Source: a bacterium (GTDB lineage Bacteria; Patescibacteriota; Minisyncoccia; Ryanbacterales; GWA2-47-10b). Taken from it: 64,000 nucleotides of DNA. Where the stretch lies: assembly GCA_027624915.1 (NCBI GenBank), contig JAQBTR010000002.1, forward strand, positions 30,802 to 94,801, in the 5' to 3' direction. The stretch's first letter is position 1. The number at the start of each line of letters is the position of its first letter. Positions 26,322-36,052 of the stretch are shown here, piece by piece. Both the position numbers and the translations under genes were made by a program. The notes below the pieces were generated by a model. That model searched no databases and was not told the DNA's origin. It saw only the letters and a list, made by a program, of their open reading frames with translations.

Positions 26322-29030
26322 ATGAGAAAGCAGTCAGTATGGTTTGATGCAGTTCCAGACTCTCGTACATATGAAGCGTTACAAGGAGATGCTACATCCG
26401 ATATCGTTATTATTGGTGGCGGAATCGTTGGTGTTGTGGCCGCTTGGCATTGTCGCAAGCTTGGACTAACCGTTTCTCTTGTCGAGAAGAATCATATAGG
26501 TACAGGGGATACGGGGCTTACTACTGGTTTTTTAACTCGTGTACCAGATACATCTTTGGTCGAATTAAAGGACACACACGGAGAGGATTTTGTTCATAAA
26601 TTATATAAAGCTTCGGGGGATGCACAAAAAGAACTTTTTGATTTAATTAGCTCTGAGTCTATTGATTGCGACTTTATAAAAGCTAAGAGTTATTACGGAG
26701 CTTATGAGGCTGGGAGCAAAGAGCTTGCCGAAGAATTTATTCCACTTGATGATGCGGATCCATATGCCGAATTGATACAAAGTCAGGCTCCATTTGCAGA
26801 AGCGATTGAATTTGAGGGAGAGGGACGATTTCACTCAAGAAAATTTTTGCTTGGACTTCTAAAAAAGATGAGAGGAGAGGGTTTTTCTGTATTTGAAGAA
26901 TCAGAGGTCGAATCTATACATATCGAGGAGGGTGTACTTATTAAGACAAGTGATGGTTCAATAAAGGCAAAAAAGCTGATTAATACAACTGGATTGCCCC
27001 CAGAATATTTTAGTGAACTTCAACCACTTTTTAGACAAAAAATTACATACGTAACAGCTGCCAAGTTTTTAAAACAGCCATTGCCGTTTAACCTCTATTG
27101 GGATACTGGAGACCCATATTTTTATTTTAGATTAATCGACGAGACAACAATGATTGTTGGTGGGTCTGATCATGATGTCGGTAAAGCAAAAGGAAATGAG
27201 ATTGATTTGATTAAGAACTTTATTAAAAAGACTTTTGGCGATCAACATGAAATAACGCATGAATGGTCTGGAAGTCTTTTTGAAACCAAGGACGGTCTCC
27301 CGTATATTTTTGAGCACCCACACCATAAGGGAAGGGCTTATATAGCATGTGGTTTTGGTGGCAATGGACTTGTGTTTGGGTTTTTAGCAGGTAAGTTGCT
27401 TTCATTACTAGTATCAGACAGTGAAGCTCCAAACAAAGATTTATTTTTACCATTAAGAACTGGTGAAAAAATTGGTGAACCAAAAAAAATCTCAAGAGAA
27501 ACAGGTCAAAAATCTTTTGTGAAGGTTGCCAAGGCGAGTGATGTTGTGGAGGGTAAGCCATTTGGTGTTGAAGCTGGCGGTATGAAGCTTGCACTCTTTA
27601 GAATTGGCGAGAATGTCTATGCATTTAATAACTCATGCTCACATGCAGGAGGCTCTCTTTGCGATGGAGAGATAGAAGGTAAGATTGTAACCTGTCCTTT
27701 GCATGCAGCACAATTTGATGTAACCACAGGAAGTGTTGAGGGACCACCAGCTGTTAGACCACAGACCATGTATCAAGCTCGTATACAGGGTGAGGACATA
27801 GAAGTAGAAGTTCCTGCAGGTGAGGAGCCTAAACCGGGTTTAAGCAAAATAAAACCAAGGCGTATGACACATTGGGCATCACTTTTCAAATTTGCTCTTG
27901 GTGCATTTGGATTTTTTGTTTTTGAATTTGCGCTTCAATACTTTTGGCTAACAAAGGGAGAACTAGGAGGCTCTCTTGTGAGATCATTTGCGCTTTCAGG
28001 TGCTACGTTAATAGGTGCGGCACTCCTTTCGAGCGTTGTCTTTAGAATTTTTCCAAAGACTGCGCGGCTCTGGCGACAGAGACGCTACTTAGGAGTTTCT
28101 GGTTTTGTGTTTGCACTATTTCATGCATTATCCGTGTACTATTACTTTTTTAACTGGGAAATCCAATACGTTTATTACAGCTTAAATCCCATCGAGAATC
28201 CCATAGTATTTGGTTCTATTGCGCTCTCAATATTTATGGTACTTGCACTTACTTCTACCGATTGGGCTGTACAGAAATTGACTCCAAGGGTATGGAAGTT
28301 TATACATCGTTTTGTGTACGTAGGTTTTTTGGCAAGTGTCTTTCATTTCATTACAATTAATCCAGAGCTTTTGCAGAACCCACCGGGGTATCTGCTGCTC
28401 CTAATTACGATCCTCGCGATTATTGGTCATCTTTATTTATTTATAAAAACAATTATGAAAAAAGGATTTAACACAATTGGTGCATTAGTAGGCACTGTCA
28501 TTATTGTTGGCGCTGTCATTGTTGGATACTTGGTATACCGAGATACTTTTGCTCCAGTACCAGCGAAAGAGATGGGTGAAGCAAGTGAGGGGATGGATTT
28601 AGAGGACTCTGTAAAAGAAATGAAGGAGTTTATGGAAAAGAATCCGCCGGATGCTGATGTTATGACAAAGCCAGTTCTTGAAGACCAAGGATTTGAAGGG
28701 ACTATGTCACGTTCAGGAACATTTCAAAATGTAAATTATATGACAAGTGGCGGGGCAACGCTTGAGAAGAGAGGTGATGGGCATTTTGTTGTATTTGGAG
28801 ATGATTTTGAAACGCCAAACGGTCCAGATTTGCAAATATACTTAACAAAAAATCTTACAACAACAAATCGAGGAGATATTAAGGACGGGATTATTTTGGG
28901 AAAATTAAAAAGTACAAAAGGAAAGCAAGTATACAAAATTCCATCAGGCACAAATATAGAAGAATTTAATTCTGTCTCAATTCATTGCCGAGCCTTCAAT
29001 GTTCCGTGGAGCTACGCGCCACTCAGGTAG
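26322..29030 (+). CDS. multi-domain redox protein: FAD-dependent oxidoreductase + Rieske [2Fe-2S] + His-containing polytopic TM domain (ferric-reductase-like) + C-terminal DM13-like domain
   Basis: N-terminal GGGIVGV Rossmann/DAO-like region; Rieske CSH...CPLH boxes; 6-7 TM helices with conserved His (FHALS, IHRF...FHFI, GHLY); C-terminal ~110 aa resembling the DM13 electron-transfer domain. Confidence 0.7.
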   Translation: MRKQSVWFDAVPDSRTYEALQGDATSDIVIIGGGIVGVVAAWHCRKLGLTVSLVEKNHIGTGDTGLTTGFLTRVPDTSLVELKDTHGEDFVHKLYKASGDAQKELFDLISSESIDCDFIKAKSYYGAYEAGSKELAEEFIPLDDADPYAELIQSQAPFAEAIEFEGEGRFHSRKFLLGLLKKMRGEGFSVFEESEVESIHIEEGVLIKTSDGSIKAKKLINTTGLPPEYFSELQPLFRQKITYVTAAKFLKQPLPFNLYWDTGDPYFYFRLIDETTMIVGGSDHDVGKAKGNEIDLIKNFIKKTFGDQHEITHEWSGSLFETKDGLPYIFEHPHHKGRAYIACGFGGNGLVFGFLAGKLLSLLVSDSEAPNKDLFLPLRTGEKIGEPKKISRETGQKSFVKVAKASDVVEGKPFGVEAGGMKLALFRIGENVYAFNNSCSHAGGSLCDGEIEGKIVTCPLHAAQFDVTTGSVEGPPAVRPQTMYQARIQGEDIEVEVPAGEEPKPGLSKIKPRRMTHWASLFKFALGAFGFFVFEFALQYFWLTKGELGGSLVRSFALSGATLIGAALLSSVVFRIFPKTARLWRQRRYLGVSGFVFALFHALSVYYYFFNWEIQYVYYSLNPIENPIVFGSIALSIFMVLALTSTDWAVQKLTPRVWKFIHRFVYVGFLASVFHFITINPELLQNPPGYLLLLITILAIIGHLYLFIKTIMKKGFNTIGALVGTVIIVGAVIVGYLVYRDTFAPVPAKEMGEASEGMDLEDSVKEMKEFMEKNPPDADVMTKPVLEDQGFEGTMSRSGTFQNVNYMTSGGATLEKRGDGHFVVFGDDFETPNGPDLQIYLTKNLTTTNRGDIKDGIILGKLKSTKGKQVYKIPSGTNIEEFNSVSIHCRAFNVPWSYAPLR

Positions 29031-29169
29031 ATCCCATGAAAAACACATGTGGATAAAAATGCAGTATTTTGTCTGAGGTGGGTTTTCTCCCTTAAAATAA
29101 GGGAGTTTTCTCTTGTTAAGAAACAAATAAAAATGTGTGTCAATCTATTCCATATCTCCTTGAAGGGAT

Positions 29170-31806
29170 ATGATGAGCTTAGAGTTATTAAACAAACAGA
29201 GGAGGGCCAGAATGGCTCGCTCAAATAGGAAGACACCAAAACGAAACCCACGCATACCGTGGTCTAGTTTTTCCAAGAAATTTGTAGATCGACTTTGCCG
29301 AATGGCAACCCAGGATGAAATCCTGGATGCTGTCGCGAAAGAATGTGGCACACGTCCCACATGGAACACGACAAGCGCATATTTTTCTCGTTCTGGATTA
29401 AAGCCTAAAGTTTTTGAAGTACTTCATGTTGCTGATCGTCTTGACGGCAAGCAACAAGAGAATTTTAGAAAACTTTGGACAAGTGATGCTTCCATTTCTG
29501 ATGTGGAAGAAGTATTTCCTGGCATAAAGAGAGATGATCTCCGTCGTATTGCTCAAAGGCTTAAAGTAAAGAGGGGTTCTCGTAAGGAGCAGGACACAGC
29601 GTTCGATGAAGTTATTTCACCTTTGTCGCCAGAAGAGGCACTCGCTGAGATGACGTTGCCAGAGCGTGAATGGGACGACCCACTTCAACTAGAGATGATG
29701 CCAGGCGCATGGGCTGATCGTGCCGTTCGAATCGGACTTATGTCCGGTATCGCATATGGCAATGATGGCATGCGTGGTGGTCTCATTAATCTTGCGATGG
29801 AACTTCTTCGTGATGAGGGTATCCGCCTCATCATCAATAATGCACACGTTGTCGATGGTAAGAGTGTTGTCGGTCAAGTGGCCGAACGCACCGTTGAACT
29901 TCGAGAGGAGTCTCGCGGGCGCCGTGCCACAAGGGCTGGTAGAGAAAGATATCCCGCACTTACTCAGGCTTCGCTACGCGATAAGGCTGCAGAAGATGTT
30001 GTGCAGGCAGTAGCCAGAGACCTTTCTTCACTCATACCCCAAATTCTCCGTCCTTTACCGATGCGCGAGAAAGGACGAATTCCATTTGTAAAGATGTATA
30101 CGCTCACGACTCCAGATACCCTATCTCTCTATGATGGAAAGTATGGAGAATCTATTGCGGAAGAATTGCAACATATTCGTGACGACATCATCTTGTATGG
30201 TGCTGGTGGGGACTGGATCTATATCAGAGATTTTGATATCAAGATTGGTATTTTGAATCCCAGCAGATCTCGACTTCCTGGTAAGTACCAGAGTACAGCC
30301 GGTGAAAAAGAGATTGATGAGAAAGAACGCCAGACATCTCAAGACTTCCCAGATCTTTGGATTGTGAATCCGTTTGCAGCAGCTGTATTTCAGCCGGCAG
30401 GCATTCGCGCACGTCCATACATCATGGGACCAGCACTTCGTCGTTTGGAAGAAGTCCACACGGCCGAGAATCAGGCTGGTATCATGATTCTGGAGTATAG
30501 ACCAAATAGACAGAAGATTGTTCGTAACTATTCGTTTAGAGATTTGATTAGAGCTGAGCTTAAGACGATTGTTACTCCGCGTGGCGCAACCAAGACGCAA
30601 AAACGTATTGTTGCGACAATCGGTGAGCACGGCGCTCTTCCTATTGGTACTCTCGAAGACCGTATGCCAGGAGTGAGTCGTGCAACGATTGAACGAGAGA
30701 TTTCTGGTCTTGTAAGCTCTACAGGCAAGCTTTCTACTCGTAAGACATGGCCTGGATTGGTTTTCGATTCGAGGTCAAAGAGATACTACTTCGATGACGA
30801 GTGGATCCAGCGAAAGTTAAGATATCGTTGGCCTAAGGACTTGGTTAGTGACCGTATGCTCTTCTTCGGATGTTTGCATGCTGGGTACACAACGACAGAC
30901 TACGAGCACTTCGTAAAGGAGTACCCTCGTATCATGCTCGAGTATGGTGTTGATCATCTCTTCGGACTTGGCGACATGATCGCTGGTCTAAAGCATGGTC
31001 TTGCATGTTCCGGCGAAGTATTCGGTGGGATGAATTATACCGAGCAAGAGGTTTTTGCCGCAGAACTCGTTGCAACGGTTTTGTTCAAAACCTTCAGGGC
31101 TCGTTTGGAGGTCAAGAGAGGCAAGAAGTCCTTGTCTGACCTTTCTTCCGAAGAGCTGTCGAACCTACTTTCTGATAGCCTCGTTCACTTCCACTATATT
31201 CATGGTAATCATGATTTGTGGCAGGAATATGACGGGCAAATTCCTCTTCAGCAGTTCAACGATGTGTTGGTGAGACTCTTGCATGATGAGACTCTCAAGA
31301 TGTTGATAGAGGAGCGAGCTCCTGCTATCGATCTTTTTGAGATTTTGGCTTCAAAAACTTCTTTCTATTCTGATTTTGCTGGAGTTGCCGAATTGCCGTC
31401 TGGCATCAGGGTGTCAATGCAACATCCTCAGATGGGTCGCGCTCAAACGACAACCTTGCGTGCCCAGCATGCAATGGGAACTCGCGGCGCACAAATCTCA
31501 GCTCTTGCTAACTTCCATGCGTCTGCCACTGTCGCCCAGTGGACTTCTGATCTCGGTCAGTGTGTAGCCATGCAGGCGGGGACGCAGGTCATCTATACGC
31601 GCTTCGAGCGTCGTAAGATGAAAAAAGAAGTTGATTTCGGCCCGCTCTATCTCCATGTCCAGTCCAAGGGTGGACGAATTTATATAGATGAACGAGCGGC
31701 GTTTAATGAAAGTATTTTAAAAGTAGCTCTTAATAAGAAACACGATTCTGAAGGCCTTAAGCGAAAGCTTGGTCTACTCCGACATCCGGATCTTATTGTT
31801 AGGTGA
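29170..31806 (+). CDS. large hypothetical protein (878 aa) with C-terminal calcineurin-like metallophosphoesterase motifs, on a higher-GC island
   Basis: GCLHAG / GDMIAG / IHGNHDLW resemble phosphoesterase motifs I-III (the motif I Asp is replaced by Cys); basic N-terminus; GC about 48-55% against 40% background. Confidence 0.55.
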   Translation: MMSLELLNKQRRARMARSNRKTPKRNPRIPWSSFSKKFVDRLCRMATQDEILDAVAKECGTRPTWNTTSAYFSRSGLKPKVFEVLHVADRLDGKQQENFRKLWTSDASISDVEEVFPGIKRDDLRRIAQRLKVKRGSRKEQDTAFDEVISPLSPEEALAEMTLPEREWDDPLQLEMMPGAWADRAVRIGLMSGIAYGNDGMRGGLINLAMELLRDEGIRLIINNAHVVDGKSVVGQVAERTVELREESRGRRATRAGRERYPALTQASLRDKAAEDVVQAVARDLSSLIPQILRPLPMREKGRIPFVKMYTLTTPDTLSLYDGKYGESIAEELQHIRDDIILYGAGGDWIYIRDFDIKIGILNPSRSRLPGKYQSTAGEKEIDEKERQTSQDFPDLWIVNPFAAAVFQPAGIRARPYIMGPALRRLEEVHTAENQAGIMILEYRPNRQKIVRNYSFRDLIRAELKTIVTPRGATKTQKRIVATIGEHGALPIGTLEDRMPGVSRATIEREISGLVSSTGKLSTRKTWPGLVFDSRSKRYYFDDEWIQRKLRYRWPKDLVSDRMLFFGCLHAGYTTTDYEHFVKEYPRIMLEYGVDHLFGLGDMIAGLKHGLACSGEVFGGMNYTEQEVFAAELVATVLFKTFRARLEVKRGKKSLSDLSSEELSNLLSDSLVHFHYIHGNHDLWQEYDGQIPLQQFNDVLVRLLHDETLKMLIEERAPAIDLFEILASKTSFYSDFAGVAELPSGIRVSMQHPQMGRAQTTTLRAQHAMGTRGAQISALANFHASATVAQWTSDLGQCVAMQAGTQVIYTRFERRKMKKEVDFGPLYLHVQSKGGRIYIDERAAFNESILKVALNKKHDSEGLKRKLGLLRHPDLIVR

Positions 31807-31836
31807 TGCTAAAGCATCACCTTTTTTGTTAGTGTT
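31802..31836 (+). terminator. rho-independent terminator
   Basis: ggtgatgctaaagcatcacc + tttttt. Confidence 0.65.
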
Positions 31837-31866
31837 GCTATAAGATACAAAAAAATACACCAGCTT

Positions 31867-32427
31867 TCACTGGTGTTCCCGTTTTATCTGGGCACGCATG
31901 CGTGCCATGATTCTTTGACTTGTTTTTTGGCCCTCTGCGTCTGTTTTTTGTGGGTAACGGATAGCTATATAGTTGACCAACAAAGAATCAAGCAGCTCAT
32001 CATCTGATGAATGTTTAAGGGGATTCAAGATGATGGTGTGTCTAAGAAGGTCGTACGTGGCCTCGCCTTTATAATCTCTCATGCAAATCACTCTAAAGTT
32101 GTTTCGAATAAGAAATTTCAATTGTGGGACCGCATTCTCTAGTGAGAGTGTATCCCACCAAAACTCACCATCCTGTGCCATAATGCGCTGAACTCCTTTT
32201 TTGATTGGCTTATGGTTACATCGCCATCCAGGATGTATGACATGAAGATACTCATGAATGAATGTATCCCACATTTCTTCAGAATTGCTGTGTTTCCTCG
32301 GGTCAATGATTACTGTTTTAGTATCTTCATCACAGAGACCCCATGCATGACCACCATTTTTTTCAGGGTACAGTTTGTCGTATTCTACAGACCATCCTTT
32401 GTTCATCAGCGCTTGAAGGCGCTTCAT
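31867..32427 (-). CDS. SprT-like (HExxH) zinc metalloprotease domain protein
   Basis: GLCDEDTKTVIID...FIHEYLHVIH matches the SprT-like/WLM pattern; start set at ATG 32427 with a GGGAGG RBS, the track ORF is longer. Confidence 0.55.
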   Translation of the reverse strand: MKRLQALMNKGWSVEYDKLYPEKNGGHAWGLCDEDTKTVIIDPRKHSNSEEMWDTFIHEYLHVIHPGWRCNHKPIKKGVQRIMAQDGEFWWDTLSLENAVPQLKFLIRNNFRVICMRDYKGEATYDLLRHTIILNPLKHSSDDELLDSLLVNYIAIRYPQKTDAEGQKTSQRIMARMRAQIKREHQ

Positions 32428-32544
32428 AACAGGCCTCCCTTGGCTTTTACAGTCTATACATATGCAAACATATTTTCTTTGCTTATCCAAGGGGTAGAAA
32501 TGCATAACTATTTGTGTTATAGTTGGCGCTACAATAAAAAATAG

Positions 32545-32660
32545 GGAGGAGTGGCTGAGTGGGTCACAGGTCTGGGAGAGCTGTGACGGGAAATATAGCG
32601 AGCTTGTCGAGCGTATAGTATTTCCTCGGGTCGCGTGATGGGCGCGACGACTAGCGCACA
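32545..32660 (+). ncRNA. candidate structured RNA element 5' of tRNA-Ser (copy 2 of the family); begins with an 18-nt duplicate of the tRNA-Ser 5' end
   Basis: ggaggagtggctgagtgg is identical to the tRNA-Ser start; then hairpin gtcacag...ctgtgac, core acgggaaatatag...tatttcc, hairpin gggtcgcg-tgatggg-cgcgac. Confidence 0.4.
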
Positions 32661-32701
32661 AAGTACGTAATGCTTTTCCGGAACAATTTAGATATACATA
32701 T

Positions 32702-32788
32702 GGAGGAGTGGCTGAGTGGTTGAAGGCGGCAGTCTTGAAAACTGTTAAGGGTGAAAGCCCTTCGTGAGTTCGAATCTCACCTCCTCCG
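32702..32788 (+). tRNA. tRNA-Ser (anticodon TGA), type II, CCA not encoded
   Basis: acceptor ggaggag/ctcctcc, anticodon loop cttgaaa, variable-arm hairpin aagggtgaaagcccttc. Confidence 0.85.
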
Positions 32789-32795
32789 CATCAAA

Positions 32796-32830
32796 ACAAA
32801 TGGGATACCTTGCGTATCCTTTTTTTGTTT
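32796..32830 (+). terminator. rho-independent terminator after tRNA-Ser
   Basis: tgggatac-cttgc-gtatcc + ttttttt. Confidence 0.55.
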
Positions 32831-32837
32831 TGAGATA

Positions 32838-32918
32838 GGGAAGGGATTCGAACCGGAATGCTAAACGCATTCCGCGGGTTGTCTGATAAGAGGCAACCGA
32901 ATCCCACCTTCTCCGCCA
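32838..32918 (+). repeat. tRNA-downstream structured element (copy 2 of the family seen at 11467-11565) ending in a tRNA 3'-end-like ...ccgaatcccaccttctccgcca
   Basis: hairpin ggaatgc-taaac-gcattcc, then gcgggttgtc-tgataag-aggcaacc, then gaatccc + acceptor-like 3' strand + CCA; parallel architecture to 11503-11565. Confidence 0.5.
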
Positions 32919-33062
32919 AAAAACGAAATCGGATTTTAGAGCCGAAATTGGGTCGACGCTTCGCGCCGACCCAGATTTGCGTTCAGAAACCCTTTTCGAA
33001 AAATTGCGGTGTGTATTGAACGAAGTTCGAATGTATTTTGAGTTGAAGTTTTAGAATAATTT

Positions 33063-33335
33063 TTGACACGAATTAACTCTGGGCGTAGGCTATCCAGTAG
33101 ACGAAGCGGAGACCATATGTCTAGAGACGGAGCATACTATGTTCAATTTGAGCTTGGGCGATTGAGTGGCGACATGAATACTCACACGCTTTTGATCCCG
33201 CTGCAGGCGGCTACCAACGAAGATGCGGTTAGAGAAGGTCAAAGAATGTTCATGGAACATAGAGATTTAGGACAGAGTAATCCATCCTTTAGGGTTTTTC
33301 ACCTCATACATGAAGAAAGAGCAGAAGAGAAATGA
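33063..33335 (+). CDS. hypothetical protein
   Basis: ORF only; start uncertain. Confidence 0.35.
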   Translation: MTRINSGRRLSSRRSGDHMSRDGAYYVQFELGRLSGDMNTHTLLIPLQAATNEDAVREGQRMFMEHRDLGQSNPSFRVFHLIHEERAEEK

Positions 33336-33553
33336 CGACGGAAATCCTAGAAGAGGCCTTGTGTCGTGTTACGTGCCAAAAAGGAACTACACGAACGTTT
33401 TGGATAGGATTTCCTTTAGATATGTTTCCAAAACCATCAGCAATAGAGATGGGTAGGCGTCTACTTCCCGCTGAAGATCTAGGATGCATTTCTTGTATTT
33501 TGCACGAATCGTGTGGAGAGCCGATAGACGTTAAATTAACACTCATGGGTTAA
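33332..33553 (+). CDS. hypothetical small Cys-containing protein
   Basis: ORF overlapping the upstream stop (ATGA); terminator hairpin follows. Confidence 0.35.
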   Translation: MTTEILEEALCRVTCQKGTTRTFWIGFPLDMFPKPSAIEMGRRLLPAEDLGCISCILHESCGEPIDVKLTLMG

Positions 33554-33639
33554 TACAGTCGCCATGCATGGCGGCTTTTTTGTTTTTTATATACCCAGTA
33601 TGTCTTTCAAAAAAGTAGTGCTGGGTTTACAATGCTTTT

Positions 33640-34368
33640 ATGTTTTTGATTAGAAATATAAAAGTGAAAGGAACGATAAAGAAGGGACGAGGTGTTTTTG
33701 CAACATCAGACATCAAAGCCGGAACCGTAATAGGTGATTACTTAGGAACAATACTTCCAGAAAAAGAAGACGATTTATCTCGTGGTCTTTATAGTATGGC
33801 CTGGGGAGGAGATGATGATACGATTATTTTGGCTAACCCAGATAAAAATGGTATTCATTTGATTAATCACTCTTGCGTACCTAATACATGGATGCATCCA
33901 TATAATGGACGAACGGTTTATTTTGCGTTGCGAAAAATTTTTAAGGATGAAGAGTTAACTATCAACTATCTCATAGGTGAGCCCGACGAAGATTGTAAGC
34001 CTTGTGATGACGTGTGCCACTGTGGTGATATCTTTTGTCACGGAACCCAGCATTCCTCTGAATACTTAGTAGATGCGCATGAGAAATACGAGCGTCGTAT
34101 AATTAAAAAGCAACATATACCAAGACGTCCAAAGAGTGGAACACAATTAAAAAAACTATCACGTTATCCCAAGTCTATAAGCGATGATCCTGTTTTCGTT
34201 CTTTTTTCTAATAGAAAAAAATCTCCTGTAAAAATAGAAAACGATGAGTTTCCGCCAATCAAAACTTTGCGATGTCTCATTCGAGAAACGGGGAGGTCTT
34301 TAGAGTTTTCTAAGATTGGTCTTACTGTTGTTGGCATACGAGAGGGTCATGCTATTGTAAAGACATAG
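33640..34368 (+). CDS. SET-domain protein (putative protein lysine methyltransferase) with post-SET Cys cluster
   Basis: NHSCVPN and ELTINY SET motifs; CKPCDDVCHCGDIFCHG post-SET cysteines. Confidence 0.75.
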   Translation: MFLIRNIKVKGTIKKGRGVFATSDIKAGTVIGDYLGTILPEKEDDLSRGLYSMAWGGDDDTIILANPDKNGIHLINHSCVPNTWMHPYNGRTVYFALRKIFKDEELTINYLIGEPDEDCKPCDDVCHCGDIFCHGTQHSSEYLVDAHEKYERRIIKKQHIPRRPKSGTQLKKLSRYPKSISDDPVFVLFSNRKKSPVKIENDEFPPIKTLRCLIRETGRSLEFSKIGLTVVGIREGHAIVKT

Positions 34369-34373
34369 ACCAT

Positions 34374-36047
34374 ATGAAATATTTTCTTTCCGTTACTATT
34401 TTCCTAGTACTCCCCGTGTTTCTTTTTGCTCATGGAGGTGAGGAGCACGACCCTATCATAATGACTGTAACAGATGAAGGTTTTGCTCCTAGTCAGATTA
34501 CTGTCGTTGCAGGAGAAACGGTAACTTTTGAAAACGATGGAAAGGAGGATCACTGGCCTGCATCTGATGTTCACCCAACACATGAAGCATACTCCGCTCT
34601 TGATCCAAGACGACCAATCATTCCAAGAGCATCATGGAGCTTCACATTTGAAGAGGAGGGACAATATACAATACATGACCACTTATTCCCGGATTTTGGT
34701 GGTCTCATTACTGTAAAACCTGAGGGTACAGTTATTGTTCGAGATGGTTTACCAGAACAAAAAAATATAGAAGCTCCACCAGAAGAGAAAGAGCCAGGAT
34801 TTTTTGCACGTAAATGGGTCTCCATAAAAAGATTTTTAGGGTGGGTTTTTGGTAGAAACGATAATAATCAGGAGATAGATAAAACAGAAGAGACTCAAGA
34901 AAAGATATCAGATGAGGAGGTGGTTTTGATACAAGAGGTTCGTCAAGAGATTGATACTCATTTTACAGAGCCTACTACATACAATAAAGATTTTCTGTAC
35001 AAAAGTTTTGATTTAGGCTGTACAAGTTCTAATCACGGATGTATTAGTAATTCTGTAAAAGATTTAACACGAGACTATGGTCCTGTTGCTGCTGTTGAGT
35101 TACTCGAAATTATGGTTGCCGATGGTCGTGTTTCAAGATCAATTAATGACCATCAATTATCTCATGAGATTGGTAGAGAGGCCGCGCGTTCGTATGGAGT
35201 CAACAGCGAAGCATTTTTGTTATGCCCCATGTCAGCGTTTAATGGTGGGTGTCAGCACGGTTTCTTTGAATATGTTTTAGGTAGAACAGAGTCGACATCA
35301 CAGGCAGCAGATTTAATATGCAAATCACTCGGAGATACATACTCAAATAAATTTAAATTTTACTGTTACCATGGAGTTGGTCATGGGGTTATGATGCAAC
35401 AAGCATATGACTTACAGGCATCATTAGATACTTGTGATTCATTAGACGGGCTGTCCGCACAGGATGGTTGTTGGCAAGGAGTGTTTATGGAAAATACTAA
35501 TGCTGGTATGTCTGGTGAGGCACGCGCTGGACTATTTTCTCTAGAGGACCCTCTAGCACCATGTAATCAGGTTGAGGACAAGTATCGTAATGAATGCTAT
35601 CTAAATCACGCTGGTTATTTAATGAAGTTTTTTGGCAATGATATACGTCGTGGTGCGCATTCATGTCTGGAGGCTGGAGAATGGATTCCTTCATGTCTCC
35701 AAAGTCTTGGCCTCATGGTTACAAATCCTTCATGGCAAGGTGCACTACTCCCAGGAGCCGCTCAATTAGGTGAGGTACGTTCAGCATGGGAGCTTTGCCG
35801 TATGTTTCCAACTGATCACATAAGTCAGTGTGTACAGGGTGGTGTCGACAATATAATTAACTTTGATGAGTTTGATGTCGGTCGAGCTGATGAATTTTGT
35901 AGTATAATTGATACACAGGATCAAGAGTTGTGTTTTAGAGGGATAGGTCGTAATCTTAGAAACGATTCTATAAATCAACAACAAGTAACTGATGCGTGTA
36001 ATTTGTTATCAACACAAGAGAGTAGAGACTGGTGTCTTTTAAGATAA
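34374..36047 (+). CDS. secreted protein: N-terminal cupredoxin-like domain (Cys ligand replaced) + Cys-rich repeat region (paralog A)
   Basis: signal peptide; GFAPSQITVVAGETVTFENDG...HWPASDVHPTH...YTIHDHLFPDFGGLITV cupredoxin-like; then about 24 Cys in repeating C-x-HG / C-Y-H-G-V-G-H-G units. Confidence 0.6.
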   Translation: MKYFLSVTIFLVLPVFLFAHGGEEHDPIIMTVTDEGFAPSQITVVAGETVTFENDGKEDHWPASDVHPTHEAYSALDPRRPIIPRASWSFTFEEEGQYTIHDHLFPDFGGLITVKPEGTVIVRDGLPEQKNIEAPPEEKEPGFFARKWVSIKRFLGWVFGRNDNNQEIDKTEETQEKISDEEVVLIQEVRQEIDTHFTEPTTYNKDFLYKSFDLGCTSSNHGCISNSVKDLTRDYGPVAAVELLEIMVADGRVSRSINDHQLSHEIGREAARSYGVNSEAFLLCPMSAFNGGCQHGFFEYVLGRTESTSQAADLICKSLGDTYSNKFKFYCYHGVGHGVMMQQAYDLQASLDTCDSLDGLSAQDGCWQGVFMENTNAGMSGEARAGLFSLEDPLAPCNQVEDKYRNECYLNHAGYLMKFFGNDIRRGAHSCLEAGEWIPSCLQSLGLMVTNPSWQGALLPGAAQLGEVRSAWELCRMFPTDHISQCVQGGVDNIINFDEFDVGRADEFCSIIDTQDQELCFRGIGRNLRNDSINQQQVTDACNLLSTQESRDWCLLR

Positions 36048-36052
36048 ATACC

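Noticed and set aside
32838-32918. Minus-strand tRNA reading of the element after tRNA-Ser
   Set aside because: The reverse complement gives only a 2-bp T-stem and no D-arm, so it does not fold as a tRNA.
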